Shown here: positions 58,250 through 64,000 of the stretch, in pieces
Position numbering within the stretch: position 1 is the stretch's first letter
Layout of the letters: each line of letters opens with the position of its first letter
DNA from: Treponema sp.
Lineage (GTDB): Bacteria > Spirochaetota > Spirochaetia > Treponematales > Treponemataceae
Assembly: GCA_017548565.1 (NCBI GenBank)
Contig: JAFYZU010000010.1
Span: forward strand, 80,965 to 144,964
Length of the DNA stretch: 64,000 nucleotides
Direction of reading: 5' to 3'
The notes under the pieces: generated by a model
Database searches by the model: none
What the model saw: the letters and a program-made list of their open reading frames with translations, nothing else
Told to the model about the DNA's origin: nothing
Made by a program: the position numbers and the translations under genes

Positions 58250-59404
58250 TTATTCAAGGATTGTTATTTCTACCCTTCTGTTTCTTGCCTTACCTTCAGG
58301 TGTTTCATTATCGCTTACAGGCTTTGTTCCACCCCATCCCTTACAGATAAACCTTGATGAAGAAATACCACGCTTTGCAAGCTCCCTTACGATTGCATGG
58401 GCACGTTCAACGGAAAGCTGCATTTCACCCTTTGGATTTCCTGTCGATGCAGTATGACCTTCGATAAGGAACATTGAATCAGGAGCATTTTTCAAAAGCT
58501 CTGCAATTTTATCAAGACGTTCACCTTCACCTTCAAGAATTTCACTGCTGTCAGGGGCAAAACGTATGTCAGATAAAATGAATTTAAGCCCCATATCTGT
58601 TTTTTCAAATTCAAACCGAGTTTCATTTTCAGGGATTTTTTCTAGTATTGCTTCTTTATTTACTGTCATAGGATTTTCGGTAAAGATTGAAACGGTTCCC
58701 TTAAACGTTACTTTTTTCCCGTCCGCATATGAAAAGGTTTCTTCAACCCTGTCGCTTATCAAGAGCGCCTTAAGTGATTTTTTATCGACATAAATAACTG
58801 CATCATTTTTTCCCTGCGCACTTAAAAGCGAAGAATCTCCCTCTTCATCAATTATATTTGAAAATCCACCGTATCTTGTTGCCCAGAACGCATTAAGTAC
58901 ATATACTTCTGTACCGTTATAAATCATATCTTTAACATAAGTGTATTTTACAAGGACAGGCATTCTGGTATTTATTCCGTTTTCAAGAGGATCAACGCTT
59001 CTCTCTGAACTGCATTCCCAGGTATCACCAGGTTTTATTTCGTTTTCAACAAAAGATGGAAAACCACGGAACGACGGATATCCGTTGTCAACAAGCATTC
59101 GAAATCCGTTTTCATCATCTATCGAAAAAGAAGAAAGAATTGCATCATTAATTCCGTCATTTACGCTTACATTATTGCGTTTTGTATTCTGATTAACGTA
59201 AAAATATCCGTTATACAATAATCCGTCAGATGTTTTTGAAGGAACGATAAAGGAACGGACCTCTCTTGAAAGAAGCCCGATGTATTTTCCATTATCATAA
59301 CGACGAAGATCGCTCCGCTCCACAAGAATATAATTCTGTGCATTTAGAATAAAAAACATATTAAAAAATAAAACAGATGACAGTAATTTCCTTACGGATT
59401 TCAT
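58250..59404 (-). CDS. OmpA-like domain protein, exported
   Basis: Signal peptide; C-terminal IRFAPDS, IEGHTA, LSVERA and NRRVEI. Confidence 0.9.
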   Translation of the reverse strand: MKSVRKLLSSVLFFNMFFILNAQNYILVERSDLRRYDNGKYIGLLSREVRSFIVPSKTSDGLLYNGYFYVNQNTKRNNVSVNDGINDAILSSFSIDDENGFRMLVDNGYPSFRGFPSFVENEIKPGDTWECSSERSVDPLENGINTRMPVLVKYTYVKDMIYNGTEVYVLNAFWATRYGGFSNIIDEEGDSSLLSAQGKNDAVIYVDKKSLKALLISDRVEETFSYADGKKVTFKGTVSIFTENPMTVNKEAILEKIPENETRFEFEKTDMGLKFILSDIRFAPDSSEILEGEGERLDKIAELLKNAPDSMFLIEGHTASTGNPKGEMQLSVERAHAIVRELAKRGISSSRFICKGWGGTKPVSDNETPEGKARNRRVEITILE

Positions 59405-59452
59405 ATTTATTGCTCCAAAAAGAATTTTTCTTTATTATATAAACATTTAAAG

Positions 59453-60655
59453 ATGAATAAAAGAAACAGATTCATAATATTTATTATATTATTTTTTCTT
59501 CAATTTCTGAACTCACAGGAAAAATCCTGCAATAAGGCACTGGACTTTTTTCTTTCTTTTACGGAAGTTTTTTATATAAATCTTGGAGTAACTACAGCAA
59601 ACAATCTTATTACCGGTTATGAATGGTCATATTTTTTACCTGAAATCATAAAAGAAAACTTTTCACTGCCACCAGTCTGGGATATTTCAAGTTTTTCCAG
59701 GAATCAGCTTGCACATCCATATTTCGGTTCATTTTATTTTAATGCTGCACGGACAAACGGAATGAATTTTTACGAATCGTTTCTCTTCACTGCAGCCGGT
59801 TCTGCAATGTACGAAACTCTGATTGAACGCGGAAACATCTCTATAAATGATCTTATTACTACAAGTTACGCAGGAACTCTTACAGGAGAAATGCTTTTCA
59901 GACTCGGGAACCAGACATCAGTTATAAATCCCTTGTTTAACTTCATCATTAATCCGATGTCATTCATCAATTATCTTATAAAAAAAGATACAGTACGCTG
60001 CAAGGCTCCGGATTATTTTTATCACAGTTACAGCTCCAGGACAATTTATGATTTTTACAATAATACGGCACTTACAGGTATTGCATTGAACATAAAATAC
60101 AATAAACCTTACAGACAGGATACAATTGAACCTTTTGATCAGTTTAATCTTTGCATAAACGCACTCGCTGGTAAAGAAGGATTTTCGTATGATTATAAGC
60201 TTGACGGGGCACTTTTTTCCAGAAATTTCAATGAAAGCACCTTTGGAATCTGCTCACTTTATGAAGCAGACAAAAAAATAAATGATAATTTTTCAGACAG
60301 TTCCATAGGATTGTTTTACAGTTATTCAAAGGATGTTAACGATTTTAGACTTTCTGCAGACTGTAAAATTTATTATACACTTCTTGCAACATCCTTACCG
60401 TGCAATTATGGTCATGGGCCGGCTTTCAACACCTCTGTAAATTTAAATCTGAACAGATCCGGTAATATTACGACAGATTACAGCGTATTCTTTCTTTTTC
60501 CTTATGATGGAAGTTATGCGACAGTTCAAAAACTTTATTTAAGCTATACATTAAAATTTGCCCGGTATTTTTTCATCAATACCGAAGCATCATTTATGTT
60601 TAATGAGAAGACAAAATGTTTTTTAACGATAGATATCGGTGCCTGCTTTGATTAA
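59453..60655 (+). CDS. DUF3943-like protein, probable outer-membrane beta-barrel
   Basis: Signal peptide; NQLAHPYFGSFYFNAARTNG and NDLITT; C-terminal half has alternating aromatic residues. Confidence 0.72.
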   Translation: MNKRNRFIIFIILFFLQFLNSQEKSCNKALDFFLSFTEVFYINLGVTTANNLITGYEWSYFLPEIIKENFSLPPVWDISSFSRNQLAHPYFGSFYFNAARTNGMNFYESFLFTAAGSAMYETLIERGNISINDLITTSYAGTLTGEMLFRLGNQTSVINPLFNFIINPMSFINYLIKKDTVRCKAPDYFYHSYSSRTIYDFYNNTALTGIALNIKYNKPYRQDTIEPFDQFNLCINALAGKEGFSYDYKLDGALFSRNFNESTFGICSLYEADKKINDNFSDSSIGLFYSYSKDVNDFRLSADCKIYYTLLATSLPCNYGHGPAFNTSVNLNLNRSGNITTDYSVFFLFPYDGSYATVQKLYLSYTLKFARYFFINTEASFMFNEKTKCFLTIDIGACFD

Positions 60656-61287
60656 AAACCAAGCTCTTCGTTTATAAGCACAACCTTGATTCTTCCTTCA
60701 GGTCTGCAGAACCTTGTAGTCACAAACTGTGCACAGATAGATTTAATGCTGTTACAGTCGAAGCACATTCCGGTTTTATTGCAGGGTGTATCTGCATCAA
60801 AACGCTGGCAGTTCAAGGGAGCAGTATAATTTCTTACCTTCAGATATGCTTCATCAAGATTTTTAACTATTTTATTCATTCCGGCAATTATCAGCACCGA
60901 TTCAGGACCATAGCATAAAGCTGCAACCCTGTTTGCGTTACCGTCAATGTTAAAAAGCTCACCGTCCTGTGTAATGGCATTTGAACTCATAATATATGTA
61001 CCGCAGTTCAATGCTTCGTGCATAAGAGCATTTTTCTCTTCAGGAGTAGCAGCACTGTCACGGTCTAAAAGTTTATATCCATTTTCCGCTAAAAGCTGTT
61101 TAATTCCAAGCTGTTCCATTGTTTTTGATCCGCCCCATGCCACTGAATGAGAAGACGGAATAAGCTCAAGTATTTTTTTTATTGCTTCATTCCTGTCTGA
61201 AAAATAATATGCATCAAAATGCTTCTGTTTAAGATTTTTGACAATCTGCGGACCAAGCTTATCATTCCTTATTGTTTTAACATCCAT
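60652..61287 (-). CDS. Lactate utilization (LUD domain) protein
   Basis: GGSKT, SSNAIT, NIDGNANRV and a Cys-rich C-terminus (CQR...PCNKTGMCFDC...C). Confidence 0.85.
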   Translation of the reverse strand: MDVKTIRNDKLGPQIVKNLKQKHFDAYYFSDRNEAIKKILELIPSSHSVAWGGSKTMEQLGIKQLLAENGYKLLDRDSAATPEEKNALMHEALNCGTYIMSSNAITQDGELFNIDGNANRVAALCYGPESVLIIAGMNKIVKNLDEAYLKVRNYTAPLNCQRFDADTPCNKTGMCFDCNSIKSICAQFVTTRFCRPEGRIKVVLINEELGF

Positions 61288-61303
61288 CGATAATCCTCCA
61301 TTT

Positions 61304-61954
61304 TTACCAGATATATGGAATCAGCCGATATTTTACACGGATCATATATTCTGCATATCCATAAATATCTTCTTTTAGAATTTTTTCGTCTTTTTTTATT
61401 TTAAATATGATCAATACAGGAAAAAAAAGAAATATCAGAAAAGACCAGAGTGAACCTAAAATAAGAGGAAGTGAAAGAAAGGTAAGGATGAGCGCCGAAT
61501 AAGTCGGGTGCCTTACTACGCCGTAAAGACCTGCATCAAAAACTGTCCTTGTAAAAAATCTGTTTTCCTTTAACGAAGAACCTACAATCACATATGCAAT
61601 GATAAAGATTACAAATGCCTGTATATAAATCCATACAGGATAATTTTTCGTAAGATTGAATCGGAAATCAAAGCCTGCCATCAAAAAGCCGGAAACAATG
61701 TCAATTATCATAAGATTAAAAATTGAATCCTGCTTCCTGAATATTTTACGAAGATTAAAATTCTGCTTCATCAGATAAGGATTCTGATTGAAAAGAAAAT
61801 AAAGAAATATTGCAAATGGAACAAAAATCAGGACTATTGCTACATAACCGTTCCAGTATTTACAGGAGCCTGCAGGAACAAACAATAAAAATATTACGAA
61901 AAGCATAAGAAATGAGAGTTTTATGTATATTTTTTTTAAATAATCATCTTTCAT
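61304..61954 (-). CDS. Isoprenylcysteine carboxylmethyltransferase family membrane protein
   Basis: GLYGVVRHPTY and YRLIPYIW; multiple TM segments. Confidence 0.85.
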   Translation of the reverse strand: MKDDYLKKIYIKLSFLMLFVIFLLFVPAGSCKYWNGYVAIVLIFVPFAIFLYFLFNQNPYLMKQNFNLRKIFRKQDSIFNLMIIDIVSGFLMAGFDFRFNLTKNYPVWIYIQAFVIFIIAYVIVGSSLKENRFFTRTVFDAGLYGVVRHPTYSALILTFLSLPLILGSLWSFLIFLFFPVLIIFKIKKDEKILKEDIYGYAEYMIRVKYRLIPYIW

Positions 61955-61957
61955 ATT

Positions 61958-63958
61958 CTATCTTTTCTTAACATTTGTAATAGTAAAGTTTAAGGTTTTT
62001 TCGGTTTCCATTCCCGGTTCAAGTTCTACATCCCAGAAAAATGTATTTACAAAAGACATATGGCAGTTTTTAAGCTCATAAATCGATTTTGAAACAGGAC
62101 GTTTAATTGTCAGCGGCATATAAAAGAACTGCGCATTTTCATTAGGTTCAAGTCCAAATGACACACCGCTTTGTTCATCAGTAAGTCGTATTGCCTGAAC
62201 ATTCTGAAGCTTTCCTTTATTCAAAAGCTGGCGTACAGATTTTTTCGTATCAATATTAATGATATCCTGGTTATCTGCAACTTCAAGATCATAATAAGTA
62301 AGATTTTCCTGTTCAAAGCATGTATGAGAAAAATTTGATTCAACTCCGAATTTTATCTTAAGCTTTCTTTCACTTTCATTACGAAGAATATACTGAATAT
62401 TCATTCCGTCAGAATTAATGATGTATTTTTTTCGAAGATATATTTTCTGTTTCAGTGTTCCGTAAACTGCCTCAGCACATAAAGTAATTTCCCGGTGTGA
62501 TTGAGAAAATTTAATCTCTGAATATTTTATCTTTGAGAAAACACCGTTCCCAGAAGGTTCACCGTTTATATAATTCTGATACTGCTCATCACTCAAAATA
62601 TGATCAATAAAAAGTCCACGTTCATAATCATCATTGCAACCGTCAAATTCAAGGATTCGCGAAAGATTATCTGCATAATTTCCTGTATTTTTAAGGATTT
62701 CAAGTTCCTGAATAGCACCACCGATGAGCGAAATATATGCAAAATAATTATTCATGCGGAGGATATATTCATTTATACCGTCGCCATTATAATCAAACGA
62801 TGAAATTGTTTCCTTGAAGTTACCGTCTTCACGAAGGATTTTTTCAGCTTCCATAAGATATTTATATGACTGCTGCCTGTCTTTTGACGTAGAAAAGGTT
62901 CCGTCCTGAGTACAGATCAATCCGAAGCCGCTCTGAGCCTGCCACAATTTTTCACGTGCCGCCTTTTTCCTCATCTTATCATTCTTATACTGATTTATGA
63001 GCATAGTCATATATACGATTCTGTTCAAAAGTGAATGACAGCGCGGATATGTATCCATAAAATCATAAACATTATAATTATTGTTGCTGTTTAAAATTGT
63101 ATATTTATAGGCATCCGGAATGAATTTTGCAATCTGACCATTAATACCGCATGGAATGTATGCTGGAACCTTTATGCTTTCAATTTTTTTATAGGCAAGA
63201 GGAGTCGTTGTTTTTATCCTGCAGTTAGGATTGTTTTTAAGATATTTATCAAGGTTTTCAAAGAATTTCGATTCAATAAGTTCTATCATCTGCTGGTGCG
63301 TAAGATTGATATTTACGATACGGCAAGGAGCACATTGAAAATATTTATCTTTCTTTTCAATTTTTTCAACGTTTCGTGTAACTGACAATACAAATTCCTT
63401 TGCAGTAGTCTCACGCTCCGGTCTGAACGAATCATAGCACGGGAATATTTCAATTGCCTTTCCGAGATTTGACATGATAAGCGGAAGATATTTTCTTTTT
63501 TCCTGAGGAACACTTGATGAATCAACAAGCACATATTCTATACCGCAAGTCTGAAGCGGATTTACAAGTGAAGAATCCCAGCAGTCTGCAAACAAAGAAA
63601 TTCCTCTGGGACGTTTACCGAAAGCAGGTCTTATTTCTGCAGAAAGCATATCTATCTGACCGTTACAGTCAACAGTACTTAAAAGTGGTAATACAGGATC
63701 ATAATATCCGCCGCCAAGGATTTCTATCTGATCACGTTCGACAAGCTGACGGCATATAGTGATGAATTCATTTTTTCGTTTTTTAAAATAATTAATCTGA
63801 TTTCCTGAAAACTGGAATGAAAAATTAAAGTCAGGATGAGAATAAAGAAATCTGGTAACAGGCTTATAAACAGACTGATAATCTTTTTCAAGCAATTCAT
63901 TTTTATCTGAACGAAATGAGGCAGATTTCAGACTGAAGCAAACGTATATCGAATTCAT
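61958..63958 (-). CDS. GH57 4-alpha-glucanotransferase-like protein with DUF1925/DUF1926 domains; catalytic residues degenerate
   Basis: FSG, QIEILGGGYYDPVL, GIEYVLVD and FDYNGDG...EY; the nucleophile motif reads RGISLFADCW. Confidence 0.82.
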   Translation of the reverse strand: MNSIYVCFSLKSASFRSDKNELLEKDYQSVYKPVTRFLYSHPDFNFSFQFSGNQINYFKKRKNEFITICRQLVERDQIEILGGGYYDPVLPLLSTVDCNGQIDMLSAEIRPAFGKRPRGISLFADCWDSSLVNPLQTCGIEYVLVDSSSVPQEKRKYLPLIMSNLGKAIEIFPCYDSFRPERETTAKEFVLSVTRNVEKIEKKDKYFQCAPCRIVNINLTHQQMIELIESKFFENLDKYLKNNPNCRIKTTTPLAYKKIESIKVPAYIPCGINGQIAKFIPDAYKYTILNSNNNYNVYDFMDTYPRCHSLLNRIVYMTMLINQYKNDKMRKKAAREKLWQAQSGFGLICTQDGTFSTSKDRQQSYKYLMEAEKILREDGNFKETISSFDYNGDGINEYILRMNNYFAYISLIGGAIQELEILKNTGNYADNLSRILEFDGCNDDYERGLFIDHILSDEQYQNYINGEPSGNGVFSKIKYSEIKFSQSHREITLCAEAVYGTLKQKIYLRKKYIINSDGMNIQYILRNESERKLKIKFGVESNFSHTCFEQENLTYYDLEVADNQDIINIDTKKSVRQLLNKGKLQNVQAIRLTDEQSGVSFGLEPNENAQFFYMPLTIKRPVSKSIYELKNCHMSFVNTFFWDVELEPGMETEKTLNFTITNVKKR

Positions 63959-64000
63959 GAATTACGAATACGGCTTCCCCACCCGAATACCGTTTATTCT

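Noticed and set aside
586-63759. The many 60-130-aa overlapping ORFs in the track (e.g. 3566-3889, 13848-14204, 23826-24200, 32523-32900, 38118-38507, 40814-41209)
   Set aside because: All lie inside or antisense to confidently assigned genes and have no recognisable motifs.
63962-64000. Possible 3' end of an upstream gene (RINGIRVGKPYS-stop) or a GC-rich hairpin at the window edge
   Set aside because: Only 13 codons are visible, which cannot distinguish coding sequence from a regulatory structure.
1-64000. CRISPR arrays, rRNA/tRNA genes, IS elements, integrases, prophage genes
   Set aside because: All intergenic gaps are under about 160 nt, and I saw no regularly spaced repeats, cloverleaf-like sequences or mobile-element ORFs.

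Overview
A gene-dense, AT-rich chromosomal segment from a spirochaete, most likely a gut or rumen Treponema. The placement is inferred from the flbD-motAB-fliLMY-fliOPQR-flhBAF-flhG-fliA gene order, the Jag_N-FapA fusion and a DUF2764-type V-ATPase. The window contains a partial dGTPase; argF plus an ACT gene; an FHA / PPP-phosphatase / Hanks-kinase / HAD operon; a NagZ plus serine-hydrolase pair; a secreted discoidin-like / VanW / GT-C-like operon; two acyl-CoA ligases with an XRE-cupin regulator; miaA and rlmI; a lipid-remodelling gene group; ispG; a 7-gene V-type ATPase operon with a Na+-binding rotor; galM; a 19-gene motor/export/fliA flagellar cluster; hemW-lepB; a 2-oxoacid:ferredoxin oxidoreductase operon ending in a second XRE-cupin; several envelope proteins; and a degenerate GH57. 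I saw no rRNA, tRNA, CRISPR array, transposase, integrase or prophage. The most promising leads are the phospho-signalling operon, the VanW/GT-C operon, a split acyl-CoA-ligase/VOR module, a probable unannotated ~100-nt transcription unit at 22.6-22.75 kb, a recurrent leaderless-promoter architecture, and several predicted pseudo-enzymes (SPase K->R, GH57, M23-like). All family calls come from motif recognition by eye; no database search was run.
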